Positions 40,059 to 52,834 of a DNA stretch of 64,000 bases are shown one piece after another. Each line of letters begins with the position of its first letter. Position 1 is the first letter of the stretch. Source of the stretch: Carcharhinus amblyrhynchos (lineage: Eukaryota); contig OZ336877.1 in assembly GCA_965287045.1 (NCBI GenBank), forward strand, positions 53,816,001 to 53,880,000. The letters run 5' to 3'. A model generated the notes under the pieces. That model was given only the letters and a program-made list of their open reading frames with translations. It ran no database searches and was not told the DNA's origin. Position numbers and translations under genes: made by a program.

Positions 40059-40377
40059 ACGGTGCAGAAAGAGGCCCTTTGGCCCATCGAGTCTGCACCG
40101 AACACAATCCCACCCAGGCCCTACCCCCGTATCCCTACATATTATACCCACTAATCCCTCTAACCTCCGCTACCCTGGACGCTAAGGGGCAATTTCTTAG
40201 CATGGCCAATCAACCTAACCCGCACATCTTTGGACTGTGGGAGGAAACCGGAGTACCCGGAGGAAACCCATGCAGACACGAGGAGAATGGGCAAACTCCA
40301 CACAGTCAGTGACCCGAGCCAAGAATCGAACCCAGGACTCTGGAGCTGTGAAGCAGCAGTGCTAACCACTGTGCTAG
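40059..40377 (-). mobile_element. Young HE1/V-SINE-type SINE inserted in an old CR1 fragment (~39840-40540)
   Basis: CpGs retained, intact B-box gggttcgattc, V-domain and (TTCTATGA)n tail. Confidence 0.92.
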
Positions 40378-41537
40378 TTAGATGCTGTAGGTTCCAATTA
40401 CCTAATTTTCAGAAAGTGGTGGTGCATGTAGATAGAACCATTAAAAAGGCCAGTGACATTTAGATTTTATCTATAACAGCACTGAGTACAAAATTAATGA
40501 TAATCTGTACAAAATATTGGCTAGAACACAGTTAGAATGCTTTCAAGAATCTACCAAATTTGCTTTTGAAAAATAGAATTATTTCCTGCACGATTTTCAG
40601 GCAGTGTGTTCTGAATTACAACAACTCAGTGTTTTAAAACAAATAATTCAGGATGTCATGTTTTTGGAGTTTCACGGAATATTCAAAATGGTGTCAAAGA
40701 CATGGATATTAACAAAATTAAGGGTCATCTTTATCAACAATTTTGAAGTGATTGATCTTAGCATATCAAAATTTGTGGGAAGTTTTTTAGTTTTGAGCAC
40801 GCCATTGTAGTAAAGACAAGAATGCCATTAAAGTATGCAATTCATCAGAATGATGCCACTGATTGGAAACCATAGTTATTAGGGGAAACCTGAGATGTGG
40901 ACAGTATTGCGATTGGTACAGAAAGGCTAAGATGAAGTTTAATAAATGTTATTGAAATTATGACAAGTTTTGATAAAGTGAACAGAGAAAGACAATCTCC
41001 TGAGCTGAGTGGCCATCTTCTAATTTGCAGATGTTTAAAGTTCAATGTTGAAATTTAATGTCAATAGGTTTTAGGTAACAAATTTGTACTGAAGGACCTT
41101 TTTCCAGTTACAGTCCCATCACGCATTTTTTAAAAATCCGATTTCTCTAAGTCACAAACCAGAATGTTAATAATTTTGTTTTCAAAAAGTATCATTTTTG
41201 TTATATAAATTTGTCAAAAGATTTAGGCAGAAACAGGAATAAGAAGTTAGACCTCAGATCAGCCATGATGTCATTGATTGGCAGAACAAGCAGGAGGGGT
41301 TAAATGTCTTACTTCTGTTCCTTTGTTTGTTTCTGAACTGTGCTGAGTTGAACTGATTTCAATCACAGCAGTAACTAGAATCTTAAGGTGGCTTTATCAT
41401 CCCTTTTTAGCAAGAGGGGAAAAAATTCAATCAGTGTTTGCATTTTAATGGTTACCCGGTGAATTCTGAAGACAGGAGGGAGCATGGGAAAATATCCAAA
41501 ATTTAAAAGGATTTATTTTTAGGATTTTTAGGACTAT

Positions 41538-41822
41538 GGGTAGAATTTTCTGCTCAGGCACAGCATGTTTAGCAGCAGCAGAGGCAGCCTGCCACAGACT
41601 GGCAAAGGGATCCTTCAGTACTTCCACTCGCTGTCAGCATTCTCCACAGTAAGAAGTCTCACAACACCAGGTTGAAGTCCAGCAGGTTTATTTGGCCGCA
41701 CAAGCTTTCGGAGTCTCGCTCCTTCATCAGGTGAGTTCTCCACTGCCAGGGAACTGTGTCGGGGTGACCTTCAGTAGGTTCAGAAGATCCCACTGGCAGG
41801 AACAATTGGAAAATCCCACTCT
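41538..41822. mobile_element. Non-autonomous Harbinger-like MITE
   Basis: Ends gggtagaattttc and aaaatcccactc, with internal inverted blocks (ctggcaaagggatcctt / aagatcccactggcag) also seen at ~12165-12350 and 42533-42718. Confidence 0.5.
41648..41735 (-). mobile_element. 88-bp solo Penelope-like terminal repeat with a minimal hammerhead core
   Basis: Direct repeat TTCTCCAC at 41640-41647 and 41736-41743. The minus strand has CAC-CUGAUGA-A-GGAG-cgaga-CUCC-GAAA-GC-UU-GUG followed by AATAAA. Confidence 0.75.
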
Positions 41823-41847
41823 ATAGGTTTGAATCTATAGGTTTGTA

Positions 41848-42190
41848 GGGTGGCACATGATTAGCACTGCTGCCGCAGAGCACCAGGGACCCAAGATCAA
41901 TTCTGACCTTGGATGACTCTGTGTGGAGTTTGCACCTTCTCCCCATGTCTACATGAGTTTCCTCTGGGTGCTCCAGTTTCCTCCCACAGTCCAAAGATGT
42001 GCAGGTTAGGTGGATTGGCCATTCTAAATTGCCCTATAGTGTCCCATGATGTGTAGGTTTGAGGAATTAGTGGCATAAATACGTGGGGTTATGGGAATAG
42101 GGCAGTGGATGGGCCTGGGTGGGAGGCTTTATCGGAGGATTGGTGCAGACTTGGGCTGAATGGCCTCCTTCTGCACAGTAGGGATGCTGT
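41848..42190 (+). mobile_element. HE1/V-SINE-type SINE
   Basis: tRNA-like head, V-domain and CR1-type tail. Confidence 0.88.
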
Positions 42191-42532
42191 AATCTAAAAC
42201 CACAAATCTGTAAGCAGAAAAGAAGACCACTTGGTTTATCTTTGATTGAGCACTTCAAAATAATTCCATTGCTCTGCTTTCTTCACATGGTCTTCTTTCA
42301 ATATTCATCATTTGTCTGTACCTGCGATGAAACATTGCATGCTGGAATGAATCACCACATGACTAAATCTCTTCTAACTTTTTCCCTCTCTTTTAGAGAC
42401 AGTTAAATAATTGATGACCACCTCACCACTGCTGCCCAATCAAATGAATAGTTTCCCTGCTCAGTCTCTCAAAACTTTTCAGATGATTAAATCTCCTCTT
42501 AGCTTTCTCTGTTCCAGCAGAAATGGTTCCAT

Positions 42533-42718
42533 TGGGTGGGATTTCCCACATGCCCCAGAATGTGCTTTGCAGTCGTGTAAGCAGCCTGCCGTTGACCAAC
42601 AGTGGGCAGTTTACTGTTGTATGCACCCTCCGCTAATGGAAAACCTGCAGTGGGGGTTCACTGTCAGCGGGCGGGACTGGAATATCCACTGGCAGGAACA
42701 GCTGGAAAATTCAGGGCA
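42533..42718. mobile_element. Non-autonomous Harbinger-like MITE
   Basis: Imperfect inverted ends gggtgggatttcc / gaaaattcagggc, and body similar to 41538-41822. Confidence 0.5.
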
Positions 42719-42744
42719 TTGTCTGGAATTTCTCCTCATAACAT

Positions 42745-43055
42745 GAGTTCTCATCCTAGTATGAAAATCAATTGTGAAAGCTTGCTTTCACTGGTTGGCA
42801 AACGGGCATGGAGTCAAGATTATCACTAAAGGGGAAGTTATTTAATATAGGGTTATTAGGACATGGAATTCTTTATCACAATTGATGAGGTAGAGACTTC
42901 TGTATAATGTAAAGGAAATTGGATAAATGTTTGAAAAGAAGAAATATAAAATGTATGGGGGACAAACAGGAAATTAGATTAGAGTGGTTGATTGCAATTG
43001 GAGAACTGTTAGTGGCATTATTGCAGTGGCTGAATAGCTTTCTGTTCTGTAAATT
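42745..43055 (+). mobile_element. Old CR1 3' fragment
   Basis: Degenerate RV..TWNSLSQ..VE...CKRKLDKCL and tail gtggctgaatagctttctgttctgtaa. Confidence 0.55.
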
Positions 43056-43461
43056 TTTGAATTTTGTCATCCTTTGAAAAGAGTTAATTTCTACATCAGT
43101 ATTGTGCTTTTGTGCTAAATGAAAAAGACTCAGGTTTAGCTGTGATCCACTCGATGGAGAACAACGAATCAACATGAATTGTAGAGACTCATCTTTAGAG
43201 AAGCCATTTGGTTGCGGTGCTACATGTTGTTGGTAGCTGTGGAACTGTGTCAGCTTGCTTCAGGAGCTTAAGGTTGAGGAGGGGACAGGAGGACAGGAAA
43301 ATCATAACCACTTAGACTAGGATTAATTTCCTTAAAGGCATTAATTAGCAGTGATATCACTACTGTAACTTTTGCCAATATCAGTGGCAGTAGAAGTTGA
43401 CTTGTAGACATATTCCAGAGTTTGCCCCTGCTTCTACCAAGACCAAATGAGGCAGCTGCCT

Positions 43462-43790
43462 ATAGGAACAGGAGTGGGCCATTCAGCTGCTTGAGTCTGT
43501 CTGCTATTTGTGATTCAATTCCATTTATCTATCTTAGGTCCACATCTCTTGATACGTTACTTAACCAAAGTCTGTGAATCTTGGTCTTGAAAACGTAAGT
43601 TAAATTGTCCCGTCGGGGAGACAGTTCCATATTTCCACTACCCTTTATTTGAAAAATTGCCTTCCAATTTCAATCCTGAACAGCCTAGCTACAATTTTAA
43701 GATTATGCTGTCATGCTGGATTCCACCACCAGGCAAAATAGTATTTTTAAGCTACCCTATCAAATTCTTTTGCCACTTTTAAACACTTTA
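43462..43790 (-). mobile_element. Old CR1 3' fragment
   Basis: ataggaacaggagtgggccattcagc is the reverse of the CR1 3' stem-loop. Confidence 0.7.
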
Positions 43791-45400
43791 GGTAGAACTT
43801 TACATGCATATATACCTGGGTGACCTTCCTGCCTCCTACTTAAATGCAACTTTATGGTGGGCAGTGAGGCCTCGGATGTACTGCTTGCCTTCACCGCAGT
43901 TAAGACCTTAATTAGTCAGTTAATGGCCACTTGATACTTCCTACCCAACTCAATTTTTTAGGTCAGCAGGTGGAGGTCAGGGACTGGGGAAAACCCAGCA
44001 GGCTATCCTGCTCAGACTTTACGTAGGAACATAGCGGGGAGTGCATCCCCTGTGTGCTCCTTTCATAAGGAAGTTGGCCCCCTCTCCCCACAAGGTCTGC
44101 CACCTCCCCCTCCCTTGTCCTCCCTCACCACTACCTTTCCAACACTATTTTCTGTGTAGAATCTTACCAAAGGATGTCATTGTAGATAGCATCCATAGGC
44201 ACTCCTGTACCAACTGAGTGACCTCCCCACAAAATTCAGTTGTTATTCAGACATGATCTATCCATTACAAACTCATGTCGACTCCAATTAGTTCATTATT
44301 GCCGGAGTGCTCAATCACTTGGTCCATAATGACAGATTCCAGAAACGTGCCTGCAACTGACAGTCACAGTTTTGTTTCGATCTCTATCCCTGGAGTTACA
44401 TTTACGGTTTTCCAATTTAACACAGTTCTTAAATCAAAAGTGCAATTCCTCACCTGTGTGTTTTAATGCTTTGGGGTGGGAATCATTAGATCCTGGAAAC
44501 CATCAGCTCTTGGAGATTACTGTCTATTTTAAGCCCAATTATTTTCTTCAATATCATCTTTTTTCCTTATTTGAAATAAATTCCTTCCCATATTGAGTTA
44601 TTTTAAAATTCCTTTTAGTACGAAGATTTATTCAAAGTGCTCCCTTAACAATCCTGCCAATTCCTTTTGTTGATTATAGTACAACTGTGCCTGCCTTTAA
44701 TAGACCTACATTCTTCTTCACCACTCTCTTTAATGGATTCATAGAAATATTTCACTCTACAAGGGGAAAGTCTCAGAACTGACTCAGCACCTGACTGTTT
44801 TCTCTTTGGTAATCCCACAACTAAAGCTAATAAAACCAACTAGAGACTGATTTTATTCCCACCAGCATTTAATGTTTCGCTTTTATTACACAACGTCTCC
44901 CATCAAACACAGCTGCAGTTGAATAACATATGTCTCTGTGTGATAGAATACAAGTGCAGCTGTACTTTCAATTGTTTTGTTTATTTTGCTCTGCTGCAAT
45001 GCACTCTGGAATGCAAGGTGAAGTTACTTTGCAAATTGATTCTGCTGTTTAATTACCATTAAATACAACAAATTTATTTAGTAATCATTTCATCACTATC
45101 TTGAATGCTAGTTCTGTCTGTTACACTGTTTCACAATAACTGTAAATAGAGTAAAAATTTGCCTCAAAGGGATCACTATCTTTTAATGTATTACTTCGCT
45201 CCTAGCCATGCATTCATGCTGTGTCTGTTATTCCCAAGGTCAACATTGCCACACAAACAAAATATTCATCAACAACTATTGATGATTGCTGGTATAGCAA
45301 CTTGATAAAGGTTGCAGTAGGCTATACAAAATGCTACTTTGTAGAATAGAATTAATATTACAGTGAAACAACTACTCTAATACATAAAGAATAACCACTT

Positions 45401-46120
45401 CAGAGGGATATTAGAGGGTATGGGGTCCTTGTGCATGAGTCGCAAAAACCCAGCCTGCAGGTGCAGCAGGTGGTCAGGAAGGCTAATGGGATGCTGGCCT
45501 TCATAGCGAGGGGGATTGAATATAAAAGTAGGGAGGTCTTGCTGCGGCTGTATAGGGCATTGGTGAGGCCGCAGCTGGAGTACTGTGTGCAGTTTTGGTC
45601 GCTGTACTTACGCAAGGATATTTTGGCCTTGGAGGGAGTGCAGAGGAGGTTTTCTAGGCTGATACCGAGTTGAGGGGGTTGAGCTATGAGGAGAGGCTGA
45701 ATAAACTAGGCTTGTACTCGTTAGAGTTTAGAAGAATGAGGGGAGATCTCATTGAGACATATAAGATGATGAATGGGATGGATAGGATAGAGGTGGAGAG
45801 AAAGGACAGTAGGACTAGGGGGCACAGCCTCAAGATAAAGGGGGGGCGGTTTAGAATGGAGTTGAGGAGGAACTTTTTCACTCAAAGGGTGGTGAATCTC
45901 TGGAATTCTCTGCCCGTTGAGGTGGTGGAGGCTGCCTTGCTAAATATTTTTAAGACGCTGGTTGATGGGTTTTTGATAAGCGAGGGGATTAAGGGTTGTG
46001 GGGAGAAAGCGGGAATGTGGAACTGAGCCACGACAGGTCAGCCATGATCTTATTGAATGGCGGGGCAGGCTCTAAGGGCTAGATGGCCTACTCCTGCTCC
46101 TATTTCTTGTGTTCTTATGT
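45401..46120 (+). mobile_element. Young CR1 3' fragment, same subfamily as 59304-61153
   Basis: Highly similar to ~60424-61150, with a 1-bp frameshift near 45667, an in-frame loss of LFPLK and a (TTCTTATG)-type tail. Confidence 0.95.
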
Positions 46121-48509
46121 ATCTGTGGAAATGTACCATTGAAAACCTGCCTCATATAGTGCTTTAAGATGGACAGTGTTCCAAGGTTCTTCGTTGAAGC
46201 ATCATCAGTTGATGTAGACACGAAGCCGAGGAATAGGAGAAGGTGACTAAAATCTTGGTCAGAGGTAGATTTTATGGAGAGAGAGCATGGTTTAGGGAGA
46301 GAACTCAAGAGAGTAACCATCATTAATTGAGATAAGTGGGCAGGAAATTAAAGACGAATGGGAACTTCATGAAAGATAACTTAACCTGTCCTATATACAC
46401 GGGGGACAGGTGAATGACCATGTAAATGTACAATAAGTCATGAAAGATTAAATTGAATCTGTTGCCTTTTGTAACTTTGCATTTAAAATAGAAAGCTTCC
46501 ATGTTTGTTTGGTATTTTGTGTTCAGTTATGATAAGAGTCATTACTTTGAATACATTTGATATAATCTTTAGGTATTCACAACATCTTGATTGCTTTCAT
46601 TTCAGTAGAATTTAAAATGCTGAATACGATGCTGACAAGAGATAACAAGAAGTGAAAAACAGTTCAAATTTCTTAACCTATTAGCCAGCAATTTTTAAAT
46701 GATGTATTTTTTTCTATAAACTTTCTTAATGGGGCCAATAGGTTGCAAGGTTTGAAAGTTATCCCCCAAACTAATAGCAATGTTGCATTTGTAAGTGCTG
46801 TAATTTATGAAGTTTCAGTCTAGATTTCACTTTATCACTTAGTGTACAACTGTTAATGACAGTCTGTAAATCCCTTTGATGTTGTCTGAGAAATCATTAC
46901 ACAATGCTTTGTAGTAGAATGAACTGTTAAATTATTAGACAATTTCAGCTTTTTTTCTCTTAGTTGGCTCATGAGATTAATTTTGTACATAAGAGTGGAA
47001 GTTTGGATAGTGGCATTATTAAACTTTACACTGATGGTGGGAAGAGACAGGGTAATTACAATATTAAATAAGATGTTGGATCTTCTTCAAGGTGACTTAA
47101 GATGGCAACAAATGTTGGCTTTGCCAGTGGTACCCACATCCAATGAAAGAATTTTAAAAATCAGATGACAATAGAAAGTGGGGTTTTGGCATTTCTAAGG
47201 GTGGGTATTTTTAGGAACTGTTTGTGATGTGTCTCTAAGCTTACAACTGTGCATAGAACATAAAACTAAACTTTTAAGTACACAATTAACTTTTTTAAGG
47301 CTTGTATAGGATTTGAACTTAGGTTTATCATTTCCTTGCCACAGCTATGGTACCTGGAAATGGTGGGTAATATAGAATGAAGGAAGTAGAGTAAGCAACT
47401 GTAAAATGTGAACAGTAATAATAAAAATAAAAACATGAGTAGAAATATTTTATTTTCTTGCTCCTGTATTTCTGCTTATGAGCAGTAGTGAAGTGCTACT
47501 TATACCCGAGTTTGCTCATATTCACTAGGTTTCCTTTTCACCTCTTTTTAACATGTGATCTGTAGACTAATGATGCATAAATGTACTGTTTGATATAGGA
47601 GGGAGCTTTTTGCAATCAACAACCAGTTAAGATGATGGCCTAATTTTTGATCAATTAACTTATTAGAAAAATGTAATGTGTATTACAGTGAAGTAAATTT
47701 CTTGGAACCATTTACAACTTGATCCTGAAGTTTAAAATTATGCACTACGCTACAATTATGAGATTAAATAAAAGAAGATCTGTATGTATTTTCGCTCAGA
47801 ATTTCTGAAAATATCAGAAATAGTACTGGAGATCAAGATTTGCATTTATATTCACCATTTCTGTACCATAATTTAAATGCACCATTCTTTTGCAAATAGC
47901 TCTCTATACTTGGACATATTACCATGAGAAAAGCTATTCTGTAATTATAGCAAGATCCTCCTATTAATAAAGATACAAGTTTCTGAAGCATTTGTTCAGA
48001 GTAAATGTAGTGGCTCATTTCATTGCTGTGAAACATGCACATATTGATGATATACATGCTGAAACAGTATTAATCTTGTCAATTTTATTTTATCTTCATT
48101 ATATCATCCATATCCTTTGTAGCATGATAGAACCACACCTATTTTGCACAAGTTGGATGAAATACAGAGCGAGAATGAAGAGTTCAGAGAGTATTTGATT
48201 AAATAATGGAACAAAGACTTGTTGGAATTTCATAGCAATGAGATGAGCCACTGCATTTACTCTGATTAAATGCTACTGGAATTGTATCTTTATTGATAGG
48301 ACTGTTGGAGTTTTAAACACTAATACAAAATGCTTGAAACGACAAAAGCTTTTCCATTTACAAAAATGAAACAGTATGATTTTAGCTGATGGTCATCATC
48401 TGTCCTCCTTTCCACGCGCATGAGCACAATCAATTTACTGCTAAATATTCAACATTAAAGAGTATAATAATATAATATAACAATATAAAGGGAACTTTAT
48501 ATTTGTATT

Positions 48510-48654
48510 GAACATAAACATAAGAACATAAGAAATAGGAGCAGGAGTAGGCCATCCAGCCCTTCGAGCCTGCCCCGCCATTCAATAAGATCATGGCTAT
48601 ACAGCTGCAGCAAGACCTCCCTACTTTTATATTCAATCCCCTTCGCTATGAAGG
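48510..48654 (-). mobile_element. Internally deleted mini-copy of the young CR1
   Basis: The 3' UTR and tail (48510-48598) are joined directly to the ORF2 segment FIAKGIEYKSREVLLQLY (48597-48654). Confidence 0.9.
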
Positions 48655-49244
48655 ATGAGTCTGCCAAGTTATATCCATGAACTCTGTGCTTAATTCTCCA
48701 GTGCAATATATTTATTATTGCTGTTTGACTAGTTTCTCACAGTCCATTAAAAATTATAATTTTTTTGCTTTATGTTTAATATATCAAATTTTCAAGTTAC
48801 AAGTATGGAATTTACTAATAATTGCAGATTTTATCTGTATTTTTGGGGCTTCAGAAATAAATTGCCTCAAATCAAATAATAGAATCCTGTAATAGTTTGG
48901 ATAATTGAGAATGCTTCATAATCACTGATGGTATGCTGAGGGGATTGATTGGTTTGTACCAGTGTTAGAACTGTGACATGTAGGAGCATCTCACAAGACT
49001 ATTTTCTATCAGAGCTTTCTGCTCTCAGCTGGATTAAATCACTCAAACCCTGTATGATTTTAACAGACATTATTCACTTTGCAGTTATGTTTGTATATTT
49101 AAAAATATATAAAAAGTAATTTACTTTTGAAAAGTTGATACTAATTTCACCATAACATTTTATTTGAAATCAGTAAACCTTGAGTCCCTGAACTTGTGTG
49201 ATCAGTAGTTTCAGTTCCTGTACTGTCTTTCATTATTCTTACAG

Positions 49245-49358
49245 GTGCAATACAGTGATATGCAGAATGGCAAAGAATGTATGACGTACCTGACACTTTC
49301 ACCTGTGCAAATAACTTTTCATGGCATAGGAAGCTCCATTGAAGCTAGCCGTGATCAG
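49245..49358 (+). CDS. STAU2: STAU2 internal coding exon, beta-strand part of dsRBD5 (114 nt, phase 0-0)
   Basis: Polypyrimidine acceptor ...cattattcttacag ends at 49244 and donor CAG|gtaacc starts at 49359. Translates VQYSDMQNGKECMTYLTLSPVQITFHGIGSSIEASRDQ, matching the recalled mammalian VHYCDRQSGKECVTCLTLAPVQMTFHAIGSSIEASHDQ. It is in frame with the previous exon and absent from the ORF track. Confidence 0.95.
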
Positions 49359-52300
49359 GTAACCAAAAATGTAATCTATATGAAAACTGAATATAAATGG
49401 TACATTTCTCATTTCCATTTCTGATGCATCCACCAAGACTAAGAAGACAGATTGGTGACCAAAAGTATCATCAGGGCCTCAGCTGCTGAGGAATACTGAA
49501 ATACGAAGCCTAGACGTTTTTATTCATTCTTTTGATCACTTGGCCTGTCTAACGATAGTATGACGAAACATCGGGAATCCATACATTAGCAAAGAATATA
49601 ATTTAAGTTTTAATCTCCAAATGCATGGCTCAATACTGGGTGGTTTTTTGTTCATCTATTTATTTTAGTAGTAACTACCCAAAGTTTAATCTATGTAGGA
49701 TTTCATAACATAATGCTTTTAGGAAATTTGAGTGAGATGTATATAGACAAAAATGCTGGTTTACACCAGAGTAGGAAACTCTGTAGAAAATGTAACTGAA
49801 TTGAAATTTTATTATTCCTGAATTCATTACAGTTAAGTACTATAAAGATAACATCAGTTTCATTCCAACATTCAGGTAGGAGGACTAGATTCATTGTTGA
49901 TCCCTACTGAAGCATGAAATTAACTCCACAGAAGATAGAGTCTACTGTGTTCATATATTATGATCCTAAAGCTTCATATTCTGTTGAAGGTTTTTCATTA
50001 CTGCTAATAGATTTGCCATTGTATATTGTAAATGAGTAACAATTTTCATTATGATGATAAATGATTTCTTAAGTATATCTGGCTTTTGAGACTAGCGTTG
50101 CATGAGAAATGCTAAAGTTCAATTGGTGCCAGAGAGAAAGGAAAATTGCCGTCATAAAAGATTACCCCTCTCCCCCCAAATCCTGTTCCAATAAAACAAA
50201 ATAGCCATTCACCTCCATCAAGGAGAGTGGACAATATAGATTCCTAATTGGCTTTTGACATCAGTCATCTGTTCACCAGAGACCTATTGCTATCAGTGAA
50301 GAGGGTCAAGGGCAATTGCTGTTAAAATAATTGATAGTTGCCCCTTCCCTTCCTGCCCCCTCCAATCCACTCCCACCTACCTCCCTCTTCCCCCGCACCC
50401 ACCCCCCAACACTCTCACACATGCGTGTGCACACAAACCCCTCAAGAAAATAGTTAAAGATTAGAAAAGCTCATCATTATAAGTTTGAAAAACAGGTTTG
50501 TGAATTAGTTGGCTGAGATGAAATCAGTGAATACAGGGGTTGAAAATTCCTTTGGTCACTGGTCCTTTGCTCTATTTTGAGGTGGTTTAAGCTTGCAAAG
50601 GTATAAGGAGTAGTTAAAAATTACGGCAAAAATGTTACACTTGGGTTTTTCCCAATATCGTCTACTATCCTGTTTAAGAAGGTTACCAGCAGCTTCTCAT
50701 GTCAAGAATTGTTAAAAATGCTAAGAGAATCCAAACATTTTGTCTGAGAGTGTGATGTTTTGGTGAGGGTGAGATGAAGGCGAGAGCTATTTGACTAAAT
50801 GGCTGGACAAGCATTCATTCAACAGAATCAGCAATGTTTTCCAATGATATAGCAAGTACTTTACTCTCAGTATTAATCGGCACTTCATGCAATCATGATA
50901 CAATTTGTTATACATGTTATTTGAAATTATGGGGCGACGACGTTTAATACTTATAGACTACTTAGCAGTGCAAGAATATTTTTCCTGCAGGAGTATTCTG
51001 GTTAATTTGACTGAACCTACTCTTCCAGTCACTAGCAAACAAAAGGTATCTATAGGATATGTTAATCAATTGATTTATCATTCAGAATGTTTATTCTGTT
51101 TATGTTTATTCTATGAATTATATATTTGGGTGCAATTAACTGATAATGTGTATTATCAATAGATGTTGTATTATTTTTTACTATTTAGCCTATGTGTTTC
51201 ATTTTTGCAATATTTAAAAGCATCTGTCAGGGAAGTACTAATTATACACTTTATAAAATTCCAGTGCAGTCATTCAAATATCTAGTTTTTCCTTACAAAA
51301 AAGAAACAGATTTCCTGTTAAAGGTGCAATGTTTGTTTACCAACATCCCTTAGAGAGATAATCAAATCTAAATAATGCAACTTTTGCCTTTGTTCTAGAG
51401 CTTTGTATTTTCTGGTGAAATAATAAGCTCTTTTTTCCAAGTTGATATCTGGTCTCTTTTGTTTATAGATCTGATCTCCCTAATAACTGTTGTGAGATGA
51501 CACAAAGACAAACTCCTCGTACTCCCCCTGTGGTGCACGTTCAGGTGGCCACTAAGGGAGTAAGAAGTAGGGTAACCTGCTTCCCCCATACTTGCTATTT
51601 GTGAAATTATGGGTTCCATGTGCCAGTGCACCTTTTCATATTTGTTCTTCTCTAGTCTTATTCATGTGCAGTTCTAATTCATCTGCCCCACACCCCCCTG
51701 CAATTATGGAGCATTTCATTCGCTGAAGATTGAGGTCTTCAATTAAGAATCAGAGTTGCATGATACAGTACATTTATTATACCTGCCTATTACCCTTAGG
51801 CATTTTTCTTTAATAATTGTATAGAAAACATGCAATAATGTTTGATCCTCAAAAGTGCTTAGTCATATAAGTATATTCTGTGGAATAAATAGCTCAGGTT
51901 TGTTGCATGGACCGTTGACACCTGTTTATTAGTCACTGACAGTTCTGATTCATGACTGAGTGACTGCTGGACTGGTCTTCAAATGAACCCTGTTGTGAGC
52001 TCTTCTACCACCTACTGAATGCAGACTGTTTGAAGTTTCTTTTAAACATTTCTGAGACATTAGTGCAGCAGGACATCTCCAGTGGGGTCCTTAATGTCAC
52101 CAAGTCAGCAGCTGTTGAAGTCTTTTCACTCTGGAATGAGCTGTCTTTTTCTTTAAAGGCTGTATTCCAGTTAGCATTACTGATAATACATTACTTCAGT
52201 TAGACAAAACAATAACAAAATAAGTCAGTTGTGAGAAGAACTTTTTTTTTGGTAGTTGTGCAAATACAAATTTCCAATAGTAATGTATATATAACAGAGA

Positions 52301-52834
52301 AGCTGCCTTAGAAGATCTTTTTGTGCTCGAGTATTATGAACACAGTTTCAATGTTAGGTCAAGCCTTCATTTCAAAATTTTGAAAGCACGAGTGGAAATT
52401 TAAGGAAATAATTTGAAGGGTCTTTGATCCATTAATGTTAAATATTGCATTCTGTCATCAAAGCTAACAGTGTAAAGCAGTTAGTGCAGATGTATTAAAT
52501 TTGCCTCTTGAAGAGGTTTTATGTTGGACAAGGAAAAGTGGGAGGAATTTATTTCCAGTTGTTGCCTGTCCCAGCATAATTAGTCCCATTGCGTAATTTG
52601 TATGGCTCAGATCTTCCAGTCTCTGGATCATGAGGACACAGTGGAAATGCTGATGCATGAAAATTGCCTGAGAAGATTAAACTTCTGATGGGCTGATTCT
52701 TTGCTGCCTCTGAACCTCTGTGAATATTTCCAAGCTGAGGGACTTGCCTGCATATTTACTTTGGAAACGTTAAGACAGTTTAATACCTGGTGTAACTCAA
52801 TGGTTAGCCAGAGTAACTCAACTAAGCACCACCA

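Noticed and set aside
40160-40463. Recurrent short ORFs of the type CGRKPEHPEETHADT (also at 6.7, 9.2, 12.8 and 26 kb)
   Set aside because: These are translations of the SINE V-domain, not a protein family.
49480-49580. Hammerhead-like words CTGAGGA..GAAG and CTAACGA..GAAAC after the exon
   Set aside because: The cores are imperfect and no complementary stem II can be formed.
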